A DNA stretch of 64,000 nucleotides. It comes from Octopus vulgaris (Eukaryota). The stretch spans positions 64,108,001 to 64,172,000 of the forward strand of contig OX597828.1 of assembly GCA_951406725.2 (NCBI GenBank), given 5' to 3'. The notes beneath the pieces are model-generated. The model was not told the origin of the DNA and did not search any database. It was given only the letters and a program-made list of their open reading frames with translations. This document shows, in pieces, positions 1 to 14,950 of this stretch. A program made the position numbers and the translations under genes. The stretch's first letter is position 1. Each line of letters opens with the position of its first letter.

Positions 1-501
1 CATATATGTATGTGTGTATTAGCAGCGTTGCAACAATGAAATTATTAAAGAAATATTCATATACGAAAAATGGTTGGAACCAATTTTAAAGACTGAAGCA
101 GATTTTATAAATAGCAAAGGAACTCAAAATATCTTAACGAGAAATCGACGAGACAGGACTGAAAATTGTTGAAGAGGACAGAAATAGAGAAAGAAGAGAA
201 GGATTAACAGAAGGCAGGATTGAGAGATCAAAATAAATTAAAATGCTTTGAAGATTTATGTAATAGTATGGAAAAGTTTGGAATCTGAAGACAAGTGAGA
301 AATGCCATTTACGATATCTTTGCACGTTTATGCAGCTTTCACGTAGAAATGGCATGACGGAGATTAATACAGTTCCGACTCCTAACACCAGTATATATAG
401 ACGATAAGGCGGTTAAACCACGAACCAAATGCATAATTTCACATACTTACATACGTATATACATACATATTTATGTGTGTGCATACATACAAATATACAT
501 A

Positions 502-540
<39 letters not shown>

Positions 541-544
<4 letters not shown>

Positions 545-1295
545 CAAATTAATAAATAAAACATATACATATATACATACATATATGTACGTACCTACAT
601 CTACATGTATATATACATGCATATATGGGTACAGGACACCCAAAAAAAGAAACGTCGAACACAATGAGAAACGAAAACATAAACACAAAACCAAGGAACT
701 GGACATTTTTCTTAAACAACGAAAAAATAGAGTACAGGACATATAACACAAGGAAAATTCCCCTTCTTCAGTCGCCACCGTTTCATCTACTCCGCGTTTT
801 GAAGGTGTAGGCGAGACGCGACTTCGGTGAAACGTTCCTTCCCGCAAAAAGCAAATTAAATAAATTTTGAGATTTTTTTGCGGAGGGATAAAATGGTAAC
901 AAAAACAGGACAGTAACGACAGTACAAAATATAAACAGTAAAAGACAGGACAAGGAGAATAACAGTAACACAGACAAGAAGGGCTGTTAAGCCAAACAAG
1001 ATAAAATATTACGAACGCTATTTTTGAGAACGGCAAAGGAGCCACAGAAAATGCCGTCTACACTTGGGGGAAGCAAGGTCAGAAAAGACAGTAGTTTCCT
1101 CATCGCTGACCAGCGACGGGACAGGGGAGGAGGAGTAAGAGAAAGGGAAGGGGAGAGAAAAAACAGGAATAGTTGTAGAGAAAACCAGAAAGAATGAAGA
1201 ATGAGAGAGAGGGAGGGAGAGACAGTAAGGTAGAAGAAAAGGAAACCAGAAAGAAGGAAGGCTGAGAAAGGGAGGGGGACAGAAAGGTTAAGAGT

Positions 1296-1298
<3 letters not shown>
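541..1298. repeat. Interspersed non-coding repeat inserted in a (TA)n tract, possibly PLE-derived
   Basis: 541-880 is clearly homologous to both arms of the inverted repeat at 20256-20933 (tacaggacacc...gaacacaatgagaaac...cttcttcagt...catctactccgcgttt). (TA)n flanks both sides. Confidence 0.7.
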
Positions 1299-1361
<63 letters not shown>

Positions 1362-2449
1362 GTGTGTGTGTGTGAGTGCCTTCATCCTTTCCTTTTGTGG
1401 AACATTTTAGCGTATTACTTAAATCTCTGAAATGCATTGTTTGATTTCCTCAATACTGTCGCTTCAAAGACTCTTTCTTTTAATTTGATTGTAGTACGAA
1501 AGGTAAAATCTTCAATATATTCAATTCTCTTTCTGTTCTCTTATATTTCTGTTACTTTACACGTTCTCCAATCTTCCACATTGATTCTTTGTTTCATAAA
1601 TTATCTCTCAAAAAACTCTATCATCGTGTTAAAAAGCAGAACATACTTCAGAACCAAGCGAAACTAAATTAACCCAGAATTGATCACGAGAGTGACACAC
1701 ACGCCAAGTATGTTTTATTGATAATGTTTTATTATTATTATTATTATAGAGCTTCTTCTATTGCATAATCCAAATTTATTCTGCCCACGATTGGTCCTTG
1801 CAAATCAGTGCATAGCTTATACACTATTTGTATAAACTTTGGATTAACGGATTGGATTTTATACATATAACAAGAAGAATGAGCTGCCGGCAGACGAAAA
1901 TTAGTTTAGAAAAATGCAAAAGGCAACATAGGATAACAACAACACGAAAGCACTTTTCTGTCTGCGATACTCAACTTACCCAGAAAAACCTCAATACTAT
2001 ATTTAGATATACTTTTCCACGCGTTAGAGCAAAGAAATAAAATTATAACAAAAAAAAACAAAAACATCTTTTAAGCTGCATTTGTCCCCATTTAGAGCTG
2101 AAAATGCAATGACTGTTGCTGGTGCAGTGTAGATTGTCTGTTTATGAAATTAGACTCCCAAAAGAGGTGTCTTTAAAACCTTACATCGTTACGGAATTTA
2201 TGACAAGACGTAATATAATAGTCTGTAAATACCCATCACGCCACAAATAACGTATGGGAAGAGGCTTACTCTTATTTTTTTTTTCTGAATGCGACCCTAA
2301 CGTCTTGGGAATCAGAATTCTGGGATTTTAGTCAAGAATATTTCACCGGATGGGTTTTGTGGATATCTTCATAAATATCTGAATCTAACTGAAACCTATG
2401 TGTTTATATGTCTTTGTACATGTGCAAACACACACAAATATATGTATCT

Positions 2450-2551
<102 letters not shown>

Positions 2552-2604
2552 GAATGGACAAGCAAATTAGTCCAAGTTGATATACAAAAATCTACATATA
2601 TATA

Positions 2605-2833
2605 TTTCTTTATTGCCCACAAGGGGCTAAATATAGAGAGGACAAACAAGGACAGACAAAGGGATTAAGTCGATTACATCGACCCCAGTGAGCAACTGGT
2701 ACTTAATTTATCGACCCCGAAAGGATGAAAGGCAAAGTCGACCTCGGCGGAATTTGAACTGAGAACGTAACGACAGACGAAATACCGCTAAGCATTCCGC
2801 CCGGCGCGCTAACGTGTCTGCCAGCTCGCCGCC
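2605..2833 (-). mobile_element. tRNA-derived SINE, octopus OK-like, full length
   Basis: Minus strand reads GGCGGCGAGCTGGCAG (A box), GTTCAAATTCC (B box), then GCCTTTCATCCTTTCGGGGTCGATAAATTAAGTACC. A 19-bp TSD aaaaatctacatatatata lies at 2586-2604 and 2834-2852. Confidence 0.9.
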
Positions 2834-2928
2834 AAAAATCTACATATATATACATATAGAAAAGTCCGATTTACACAGAATAAAAACGATATCAAGAATT
2901 ACTGGAGTTTGAGTAGGAGTTTCACGAG

Positions 2929-3017
2929 TCCAACAGCTGTTTCTGGGGGTCTGGTGGTCCAAGATAAAACTTGTTACTTGATTCATCATCGGATAACACC
3001 AGCCTCTGTCTTCAGCA
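2929..3017 (-). ncRNA. Degenerate hammerhead-ribozyme-like motif with long stem II
   Basis: Minus strand: CTGAAGA, stem II CTGGTG/CACCAG, CCCCCA-GAAA-CAGCTG (palindromic stem III)-TT. Stem I pairs poorly. Confidence 0.45.
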
Positions 3018-3377
3018 AAAAGTTTTACATTTGAGGCGTTGTCAGAATGGACTTTAAAGATGGAATGATTTTTTGGGGAACTAAGTGTATTAGAAAGAGG
3101 AGCTGGAGGTGTTTAGGTAGAGAGTAGTGGGAGGAGAAAATAGATTTCGGGGTTAGGGTTAATAACGAGGCGAGTGATAGTAGTAGAGGTGGAAGCTGGG
3201 AGGAAGGGGAAAGGGTTGTTAGGCAGTATGCGAATGATGACCTTAGTGTTCGTTCGTATGAAGGTTATAGAGAGAGTGAAAAGCGGGTGGCTATTATTTG
3301 AGGGAAATGAGTTGACTGGTTCAGTGGCTGAATGGGGTGAGGAGGTGGTCTCACTACACAGACCACCTTCTCTAATT

Positions 3378-3464
<87 letters not shown>

Positions 3465-3587
3465 ATATATATATATATGTGTGTGTGTGTATATATATAT
3501 ATATATGTGTGTGTGTATATATATATATGTGTGTGTGTGTGTATATATATATATGTGTGTGTGTGTATATATATATATGTGTGTGTG

Positions 3588-3660
<73 letters not shown>

Positions 3661-3711
3661 ATATATGTGTATATATATGTTTGTGTATATATATATTAAT
3701 ACACACACACA

Positions 3712-4381
3712 GAGGGTACAGTGAATAGACAGACTGTCGTCTAAATTACGCAAAGATTAAAATAACACTGAGAACTCATTTTAACAGGTATTTTTAACAA
3801 AAATTACATAAAAATATCTTGAAATACTAAAAAGTAAATTTGTCCAATAAAATCGCCATTGGCTTCAACCATGGCCTCCAGACGACTTCAGAATCTCCTG
3901 CAACTCTTCTGGATGACCTCCTTCTTTAAGTTGGTGAATACTGCCATAATCCCTGCCTTCAGTTCATCGTTGGTGTTACAAGGTGTTTTGTTGGTCTCTC
4001 GTTCAGCTGCCCCAAATGCAGGTTAATAACGAGGCGAGTGAACCAGTCAACTCATTTCCCTCAAATAATAGCCATCCGCTTTTCACTCTCTCTATAACCT
4101 TCATACGAACGAACACTAAGGTCATCATTCGCATACTGACTAACAACCCTTTCCCCTTCCTCCCAGCTTCCACCTCTACTACTATCACTCGCCTCGTTAT
4201 TAACCTGCATGTCGTTTCCAAATTTCTGGTGGAGTGAATTACGGCATGTTGCTGTTTTTCCTCACAGACAGTGCCCAACTGACCCTACAGTGCTGTGTAG
4301 TTGACAAAATCAAAAACAAACAATGCGCATGCGCTGAATTAAAAATATAAAAGGGCGACTGTTTACCCATCGCACCCTGTA
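3712..4381 (-). mobile_element. Internally deleted Tc1/mariner element (maT/DD37D-like C-terminus)
   Basis: Minus strand 4020-3840 translates to ...AERETNKTPCNTNDELKAGIMAVFTNLKKEVIQKSCRRF*SRLEAMVEANGDFI, a mariner-family C-terminus. One end is TACAGGGTGCG at 4371-4381; the left TIR is degenerate. Confidence 0.7.
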
Positions 4382-4578
4382 TATCTCTTTATCTATTTAT
4401 ATAGGCACGAAAGTGAGTATTAGCGTTTTTGGTTGATAACTGATAAAAGGTCCTTCTATGTCTGTCCTACGGATACGTTTTGTACTATTTAATGCATTTT
4501 TTCATTTATAGAGTAACGGAACGCCACGCATCCCGACTTTTGTTAATAGCAAGTTTTTATATATTTTTTGTGACTCTT

Positions 4579-4611
<33 letters not shown>

Positions 4612-5039
4612 CGTGCTATTATTCCTTTTCTAGCATCCCCACTTCCTCTCTCTCTCTCTCCCTCTCTCTCGTCTTCTCACAATTGCTGACCTTCTCCCTT
4701 TCTACCCCTGTTCTCTCTCTCTCTCTCCTCCTCTTTCCCTTCTATCTACTCCCCACACATGATCCTTGACCAGTTCTCTAATCTCTGCCTTTTCGCCACC
4801 GGACACCTAACTTGCCGGTCAACATTTTCTCCTCTCTTACAATTTCTCTCCATTTGAGGACTTCTTCCAGGCGTTACCCATCATTCTAGTGTTTGGCCGA
4901 AAGGCTTCATTTATCCCGTCTTCGTCAATCGTTTCAAATTACATTTGTTTACTTTCGTAAATCCACCATGTATTGTCTTGTTTGCTCGATCCCTAATTCT
5001 ATGCAAATCTTGCGGGTGCCGCCGATATACGAAGTTTCC

Positions 5040-5107
<68 letters not shown>

Positions 5108-5115
5108 ATTATATA

Positions 5116-5504
5116 CTAGCAGTATCGCCCGGCGTTGCTCGGGTTTGTTTCGACCCGTTGGAATTGGAATTTTTGAAAAGTAAAAATTTCGCATTATGTA
5201 GCTTGTTATTCTCTTCAAGTGAACATTTTTCTGGTTGAAATACACCGAAAAGTGGCGACACAGCAGTGAAAAAATCGTAAAAAATAGGGATTTTCATAGA
5301 AAAAAGCAACTTTTTGATGTAAATAATTTTTGGTGTTAACATGGTCCGATTTGAATTTTATCTTCTACGGAAGGAAGATCAAGCCTTCTTCTATCATACT
5401 CTCAATTTTGGTCAACTTGCGCCGCAGGGTCTCGGAGGAGATAGTGTTAGTTGAAGGTTACCAAACCTGGCGCACACAGACGACTTCAGCTTTATATAGA
5501 GAGA
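5116..5504 (-). mobile_element. Non-autonomous Helitron
   Basis: Minus strand starts TCTCTCTATATAAAGC and ends with hairpin CCCGAGCAACGCCGGG, 8 nt, then CTAG. It sits between host A and T with no TSD. Confidence 0.85.
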
Positions 5505-5550
5505 TAACACACACACATTAATACACATACATACACACACACATTAATAC

Positions 5551-5614
<64 letters not shown>

Positions 5615-5694
5615 GCACACACACACACACACCTTCTTAGCTTACAATTTCTTTCTTTCAACAATTGACAACTGAAGTACGCTCGCAAATTAAT

Positions 5695-6160
5695 ACTACC
5701 AAAACTTAGCGACAGAAAGTAAATTAAAAACTAATTTTAATTTATAAAATATAGAATGGAATGTACTTCGAAAAATCATGGGTAAATTCCAATTGAAGAA
5801 ATTGTGTGAGGAGTAAATCGTTATGTATTTATTTGTTTCTGTTTCCTGTGTATTTTTTTTTGAGTAGTGGTTGAAGGTACACTTGCAAAGAGAAAGTAGG
5901 AGAAAGTGTGGTAATAGAAGGAGTGAAGCAGAGAGAGGCAAATCGTAAAATATTTAGTTTTCTCGAACTTTTGCTTAATTGGGGGTGAAATTGAAAAAAC
6001 TTTATATTCCATGACCCAATCGAATCTACTTCGAAAAATCATGGGTAAATTCCAATTGAAGAAATTCTATATTGTACAATTGTATTAAAAACAAACTATG
6101 TGAGAGGCAGAGAAAATCTGCCTTTTATCATAAGATTATAATAAGAGATTATCATAAGAT
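5695..6160 (-). mobile_element. Possible Helitron-derived remnant with internal duplication
   Basis: Minus-strand TCTTATGATAAAAGGCAGA resembles a Helitron 5' end. A 40-bp direct repeat lies at about 5764 and 6027. No 3' hairpin was seen. Confidence 0.35.
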
Positions 6161-6709
6161 ATATATATAATTGTAGATTAATTCAACGGAAACGGATCCA
6201 AAGTCTACGAGACAGTTGCTCAGTCTGGTGAGGGAGATGTCCTCCAATTCGCCAAAAGAAATTTGTTCATATCTTTGCATTTGGTGATTTCAGGATCCAG
6301 AATTTTCGTCAGGAATAGGACCAAACTTATCCGGACGATATTTTGGAGTCTGTAAACGAAGAAAGACTTCGAGTGAAATGTGATAAATATGCCAAAAAAT
6401 AACCAAAATCTTTCGGTGGTTCTGCCCAGTGATTTTGAATAAGTCTATTTATGTGTGATGCGTGGTTTATTTTTGCTATGTTCTCGATGTGAAGCTCAAA
6501 TTTGGCGCTCATCTGCCCAAGTTAAGCATTGATAGGGTTAACTTTTTAATTTGACGGGTCCTTCCTTCTGCCCTTGGATTCTTTGTTCCCGGGCTCGTTC
6601 CGCAGATTTCAATTCTTTAACTATTTCCAATTTTAGACCAGTCTCATATCCTGAGTTTCCAACTTCAGAAAATAATACCCTGAAATCTTTTCTTTTCTTT
6701 TCGTTCATC

Positions 6710-6748
<39 letters not shown>

Positions 6749-6837
6749 GCGGCAGCTGCTTCTTTCAGAATAGATATGGAGAAAAAATAGCACAGTTGGT
6801 CCCTTGGGGTAAATTGTAAATTCAGCAATGTGGAGTA

Positions 6838-7340
6838 ATGTGGTGATGGTGGTGGACGCGATGTTGGTGGGGTAATAATGGCCCCATCATAGTAGTGTTG
6901 GAGGTGTTAATGGTGGTGGTGGTGTTTAGTGATGGTGTTGGTGTCGCCGTTGATGATGGTGGTGGTGGTAGTTGTGTCATCGATGGCGGTGGTTATAAAA
7001 GTTGGTGATGGTGAGGATGACTTTGTTATTGTTGTTGCAGCGGATGAGGATGTTGGAAATGTTGTGGCCATCATCATATAATTATTGGTGGTGAGGGAAG
7101 TGACGGTTGTGATGGAAATGGTAATGATGGTGGTAGTGTGGTGGTGGTAGTGGTGGTGGTGGTGGTGGTGGTAATGGTGATGATGGTGGTAGTGGTAGTG
7201 ATGGTGGTAATGGTGATGACGGTGATGGTGGTTGTCATCGTCCTGATGGTGGTGATGACTGTGGCCGTGCTGGTTATTGTTGTGGGTATGGTGTTGGTGA
7301 TGGCAGAGATAGCTCTGATGGTGGTGGTGATGCTGTTGAT
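6838..7340. repeat. Degenerate (GGT/GAT/GTA)n trinucleotide tract
   Basis: Directly visible low-complexity sequence. Confidence 0.9.
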
Positions 7341-7902
7341 GCTCTTGTTGATAATGTCGAAACTACTATTTTCTTTCCTTCTTTTTTTTTTTGTTGCTAT
7401 TTTGCTTTACAGAAATTTCAATTTTCCATGTTTCTGTCTTACAATATAATGTAATTGTTCTTGATGTTGTTGTTGTTAACCAGGAGTGGAAGACAGCGAC
7501 GAAATGGGTGGGTTGTAATATACGAAACTAAGGGGCAGTTTTATTAGCGAGTTACATAGTTTGAAAGAAATGAGGGTGGGGGAACGAAAACTAGAAACGT
7601 GGTGGGGGAGGTTTTACAGCGCGGATATAAAGTAGAATATGGCGGAAGAGAAAGAAAAAAAGAAAGGAAGGAAGCAAACAAAGGAAGGAAGTTCTAAAAT
7701 AGAGAAATATAGAGATTTTGGCTGAAGGTATTTTTAGGGGTAGAGCTTGGTTAATTTTTTTTTAAAAAAAGGTTTGTTTTTGTTGTTACTGAAGCTGTTC
7801 TTGATTTGGCAAGATGCCATATTGGTTTCTGTTCCGGAAGGCATGATTCATCAAAAGTAAAAAAAAGTAGTGGACCGGGGGTGGGGTGAAGTGAATGGTA
7901 AT

Positions 7903-7942
<40 letters not shown>

Positions 7943-8330
7943 TGTGAGGGGGGGGCATCGTTTACCTTTAGAGGATTAGAGGAATGGCATGAGGTAAGAA
8001 AGGAAGAATATAGGGTGAAAAGAGTGGTGGAGGTGGTTGTGGTTGGGGAAGACGTTTGGCAAAATGGCGGGGTAGAATGAGGTCTTTAACGGGTAACGAA
8101 GCAATAGCTACGAGTTGTATTTTTCAATAGGATAGTCACGTGTATGTGCATAGGGGAAGAGCAGTTGTAATAGTAGTGTGTATATATATATACACACACA
8201 CAGACATATATGCATATATATACATACATATACGTATATATATATATATACACATATACATATGTATATATATATATACGCACACACACAAATACACACA
8301 TGTGTGTATGTATGTATGTATGTATATATA

Positions 8331-8360
<30 letters not shown>

Positions 8361-8366
<6 letters not shown>

Positions 8367-8474
8367 CCTGCTCGCTTAGCCAGCGGGGTGGCGTCATTCG
8401 AAGGCTAAAACAATGCGAACGCATTGTGACCAGCGATGTGTAGCTACATCTGATGGACTGTTCGTTCACGTGAT

Positions 8475-8481
<7 letters not shown>
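8361..8481. repeat. Short GC-rich insert between two (TA)n tracts
   Basis: About 120 bp, GC-rich, sharply bounded by (TA)n. It has a GATGT/ACATC hairpin and the terminal palindrome CACGTGATCACGTG. Confidence 0.5.
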
Positions 8482-8536
<55 letters not shown>

Positions 8537-8799
8537 GTCTTGCTTAACGTGGATCTACCGTAGAAAGCGACAACGCTGCGCTGTTCGTCTTGACAAATCA
8601 TATCTCATAGACATAGAGGGACAAAAAGTAGACGAATATCAGGAACAGACGAGAAGCGTCTAGCAGTGACAGAGGAATAATTAAAACCAGATTTTTGATT
8701 CGTTGCAGGTCAGCAGAAGCAGAAATCCTTTAGCAACCGCTTGCTTAGACAATTTCAGCCTCAACTGATAAATGACTAGCATCACCTGAGACTAAAATA

Positions 8800-8880
8800 G
8801 GAGGCACTTGGCCAAGGTGTTGCACAGTGGGATTGAACCCGATGCGACGTGGCTGGAATGCAATCTTCTTCACCACAGAT
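8800..8880 (-). mobile_element. Old OR-like SINE head fragment
   Basis: cacttggccaaggtgttgcacagtgggattgaaccc is the reverse complement of the head seen at 21001. Confidence 0.65.
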
Positions 8881-8981
8881 ATACAAAAGTTATTCTCACA
8901 TGTAAACGTCAGCCATCAAATGCACGTGGCACTTAATCATCGGCCAAACGGGGAAAACAAATGACAATTCAGTGCTTCAAA

Positions 8982-9137
8982 GGCTTCGCTCGGTGGCTAA
9001 CAAAACTTCGATTCTCGACTGTGGGGTTACGAGTTCGATTCCATTATGCGGAACATAAGGTCTCTTTTACTATATCGCCGATTCGACTAATTCTTTGTGT
9101 ATCAAATTTAGCAGAGGGAAACTGCATGAAAGCTCAT
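8982..9137 (+). mobile_element. Highly diverged OR-like SINE
   Basis: B box GAGTTCGATTCC followed by tcttttactata and ggaaactg...aaagc, colinear with 21001-21165. Confidence 0.55.
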
Positions 9138-9861
9138 AGAAGGGGGAGTTCCTATTCTACGTGATAATCTTTTGTGATGGAAATAATCTTAGATGAGTGA
9201 CTTGATACCTGATGGTGGACTTAATCCGTCGTCCAGTCCAAAAGCATCACGTGATACCCTGGCTGTATTTAACTGACTTTGTTTCAAGTAATCTGGTCAC
9301 CTTTATTCAAATGAAACCATTCATGAGTTTTGCTTGCCCAACCACGTTTACACACGCACGTGCATATATATAAGTGATAATCTTAAATTGGTTATATACT
9401 TTGTAGTATGCCATTTAAAGCCTGTTTGCTGTATTCGGCTACCTGATGTCATCGACAGAACGGATTCAAAAGCTACTGGATTTACTTTAGGAATGCCTTC
9501 GTGTCTGTAGAGTTTATAAAAATATGAGAGAAAGAGAAATAAAACTGAATTCACGAGATTATCACTACGATCGTTTTGTCCCATCGCGCATCGATTACTG
9601 GCGGGTAAGATGCTGTACAAATCGTTGTGGTGCATCATATGGTGTAGATACATAACGTCAGGTCAAAAGGTACCTGTGTGTTTGTATGGGAGGATGTATG
9701 TGCGTGTGGGTGGGTCTGAGCGTATAGGAGCGAGTGTGGGGACATCTATCAACCTGGTTATCTATGTTCGTGGAGGTGATTAACAAAGAATCTTGTGAAT
9801 TCCATTCTCTTTATCGTTCTTCCTTATATATATGTGTTCATACATTCATATATATGTTTAT

Positions 9862-9896
<35 letters not shown>

Positions 9897-10479
9897 TACA
9901 CACAAGAATATTTGTCTTTTCTAATGGAAACAAAAGGGTTTATAGGACTGCAAAAGAAGTGCTCAAATATAAATGAGACGAAATTAAAGAAGCATCGGTT
10001 ATAGAACAAACATTAAATCTGGGTCAAATGTTTAGTCTATTGCTAAATATTTAGGTGGCTGTAGTTTGCAGAAATTCAACGTCACCGGTTTCAAATCCCC
10101 GTAGCGCTAAACAATTTTATTACGTCTACTTTTATTTCTATACACTTTCGAAAAGGTGGACGAAAACCTATATTTTAATCATCTGATAAAACTTTTTTAG
10201 TCGGTGGATATTCATTTTATTTTAACCTTTACTTATTTTATATTTCTCTGTTAGGTTTTTGGTAGTTTTTGAATTTTTAGCCGTTTATATTTAACTTTTT
10301 TGATTGGTCGTTCTATTTGTGTTTTATTCGATTATATATACATTTACCTTCTGTGATTTTTATGTATATTTATTATTTTTATGTGTTTGTGAACCATGGT
10401 GATGTTTCTTATATATGATTAAATGTTTGAGGGGTGATGTTGTATGTAAAGTCATTGACCTGAATTTAATGCTTGTTCT

Positions 10480-11735
<1,256 letters not shown>

Positions 11736-12369
11736 TGTGTGTGTCTATATATATGTGTAGATGTATGTATATACGTGTATGTATGTGAGTGTGCGTGTAT
11801 ACATATGCACGCCAACACATTTATGACATTTTTTATTTACGCACATCTGTTATAAAAATCGTACTGCGAGACAATATTTTGTTAATTCAGATTCTCGTTC
11901 AATTGTCAGCTGATATTCAGTTAATGGTATTTGGAAGTGAAGGGTGCCGAGAGGCGGAAGAGGGGCGGAGGAATCGTGTGGATCTATTATTGTATGGCAT
12001 TTGTAGATCTTTGAAATATCAAAGCTAAAATGTTTGGCAAAAAGCTTAACGATTCTACCATATTAACGAGTGTTTAATTAACTAAGACGTTTATGAATTT
12101 CAGTGAGAAATGAAAAAGAAAAATATTTGATAAGTTTACTGCTTTATCTCGAAGACGTTACCATACGTACGGGGTGTACGAGTGCAACATGAGAATGGTA
12201 TTTCAGGCAAGAATCCGAAAGCAAATGAAAAATTCCATTTATCGATATGTATATGTATATATGTATGCCTGTATGTATTTATGCATATGTATGTATATAC
12301 ATATATATGCATGAATAAATATATGTATGTATATATATATACATAGAAACATATATGTATGTGTGTATG

Positions 12370-12400
<31 letters not shown>

Positions 12401-12539
12401 ATACATATATATTTATACGCATATATGAATATGTATGTAAATACATAAATATTAATGTGTTTATATGTATGTATGCACACGCTCTCTCAGTTCACCTTAT
12501 CACGCACGCGCTTCCATACAACTTACCCCACAATTATAC

Positions 12540-12835
12540 ACGCACACATACACTACTTTCCACTTATACCTATCTTCAGACCGAGAAACAGCCCCCACCC
12601 TTTATTACATCTTCACTCCCACCCCATAGAAGAGTATTTCTTTGTGTTTGTAACCTTTCTCCCATCTTTTTGTTATTTCTGTTTTTCATTCCTCATTTTC
12701 TCCCCTGATGAAAGACTCTCTTCCGAAACGTTATGTCGCTTCCTCTTTCCGTTGAAGTTAAAATTCTATCACCATTAAGCTAATACTATATTTGTTTGGT
12801 GATTTTCCTTTTCTTTCTAATGTTTATTGTATTGC
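12540..12835 (+). repeat. Probable PLE-derived insert with degenerate hammerhead-like core
   Basis: CTGATGA aagactctcttcc GAAA CG TT at 12705-12732. Stems I and II are imperfect. Flanked by CA/TA microsatellite. Confidence 0.4.
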
Positions 12836-12904
12836 ACCATACACATATATATGCACACATGCATATGCCCTCGCACGCGCGCACACACACACACATATAC
12901 ATAC

Positions 12905-13090
12905 ATACAAGAATTTTTTTGCGTAATAAGATGAAAAGCCAAGACTGTATAGATATTAGAGTATTTACAGCTGTTTCTAGGATATTTATTAATAATATCC
13001 TAGAAACAGCTGTAAGACCTTCGATCTATAAATACTCTAATATCTATACAGACTTGGTTTTTTATCGTATTACGCAAAAAATTCTTATAT
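12905..13090. repeat. Nested fold-back inverted repeat
   Basis: Outer arms 12905-12967 and 13029-13090. Inner arms 12965-12986 and 12994-13015 contain GAAACAGCTGTA. Confidence 0.9.
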
Positions 13091-13394
13091 ACACACGCTG
13101 ATATAGAACCAACGTTAAACCCTTTATTCGCAATATTACCAAATCTGGAACTTAACTACGGTCTGTCCATAGCACTTATTCAGCATAACCTGACACCTTT
13201 GGGTCTCAGTGACGCCATTATTTCTTATACATACATATATTTATGCGTACGTATGCATATATGCATGTAAGCATATATATTTGTATAGATAAATACATAG
13301 AAAATCAGGTAGGTAGACACACACACACACACAGACACATAGATAGGGTGGATAGGTAGATAGATAAATAGATAAAGTGGATAGACAGACAGAC

Positions 13395-13578
<184 letters not shown>

Positions 13579-13624
13579 GGAATTAACGTTGGAATGAGGA
13601 ACTGAAGGAGGAATACTGTATATC

Positions 13625-13840
13625 GCAATGGTCGAGTGGAAACTATTTCATTTCTTTCAAGAAGACGCTACCCATGGCTTTATAAGGCCGACGCATGGAG
13701 TTGACTGTGACACTGACCGTGAAGTGTGCAAGTTGAGATTCTCTTTTGATACGAGATGATGACGAATCAATCGGAAACTACCTCCGAAGCAGGATGCTGG
13801 AAGGATCGAGATAGAAACTGTCAAAACGTTATATCTATAA
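13625..13840 (+). mobile_element. Possible RTE LINE endonuclease C-terminal remnant
   Basis: Translates to RPTHGVDCDTDREVCKLRF, resembling the RGADC.TDH.LV.CKL end of RTE APE domains. Confidence 0.45.
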
Positions 13841-14192
13841 ACACTAGCCCACCTCATGGCACACACTCACACGCACACATCGGTGCTTTGACTTCTCATT
13901 AAGGTATTGCGTGACACACGTTCCTTTAAATTTTTTTATATCTTACGACATGCTTCCTCATATATACGTTAGCACACAGACACCCATACACACGCAAATA
14001 CACTCACACAGATGTGCACGTAGGTACACATATCTTTATCTTTAAGTTCGTGCGTGTGTGTGTGTGTGTGTGTGTGTGCATGTATACCTATTTGAATGTT
14101 AAATAGGTAAACACGTTTACCTCTCTATCTATCTATCTATCTATCTCTCTCTCTCTCTATCTATCCATCTCTCTTTCTCTCTATCTATCAAT

Positions 14193-14224
<32 letters not shown>

Positions 14225-14589
14225 CTGTCTGTCTATCTTCTACATGATCACACACGCACGCATACATCCACCACCACCACCACCACCACCACCACCACCA
14301 CCACCACCATAACCATCACCATCTACATCAACACACATGAATATTCTTTGTGCCTGTTGATCCGTTCATTTCGTTCTCTCTTTCTGTCCATATTTGTTTC
14401 TTATCACCGACAGTATCGTCACCTATCTTTCTCTCTCTCTCTCGCTCTCTCTCTCTCTCCATCCCCCCTCTCTCTCTTATATAAACACAGAGAGGAATAC
14501 AACCTCGTCTTCATAGAAAGAAGATCCTCGAAGAAGGGAAGACTTTTGCAGCTGATCTTTCAACAGAAACTACTTATTGTATAATTGTT

Positions 14590-14950
14590 AGGTTTGATGG
14601 CAGTGGTGGTGGTGGTGGCGGCCGCTGCAGCGGGGGTGGTGGTGGTGGTGGTGGGGATGGTAGTAGTGATGACGTTGTAGTGGTGTTGATGGTGGTTGCC
14701 GTGGTGACATTGATTGTGAGGCGGTGGGTGGTGCTGCTGGCGCTGACGGTTATGGTAATGTTATCAGTGACGGTTGTTCTGATGGTGGTGGTTCTGGTGG
14801 TGGCGTCGGCGGTTGCGGAGGTGGTGGTGTTGATAATGAGGCCTCGTGGTGGTACTGTCGATGGTAGTAATGCTGATTGTGGTGGTGATGGCGATTGTGC
14901 TTTGCTGTTGTTGTTGTTGTTGGTGGTGGTGGTGTCACGTTGAGGCATGG
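14590..14950. repeat. Degenerate (GGT)n tract
   Basis: Directly visible. Confidence 0.9.

Noticed and set aside
3149-3162. Telomeric TTAGGG repeat
   Set aside because: Only about two units, expected by chance.
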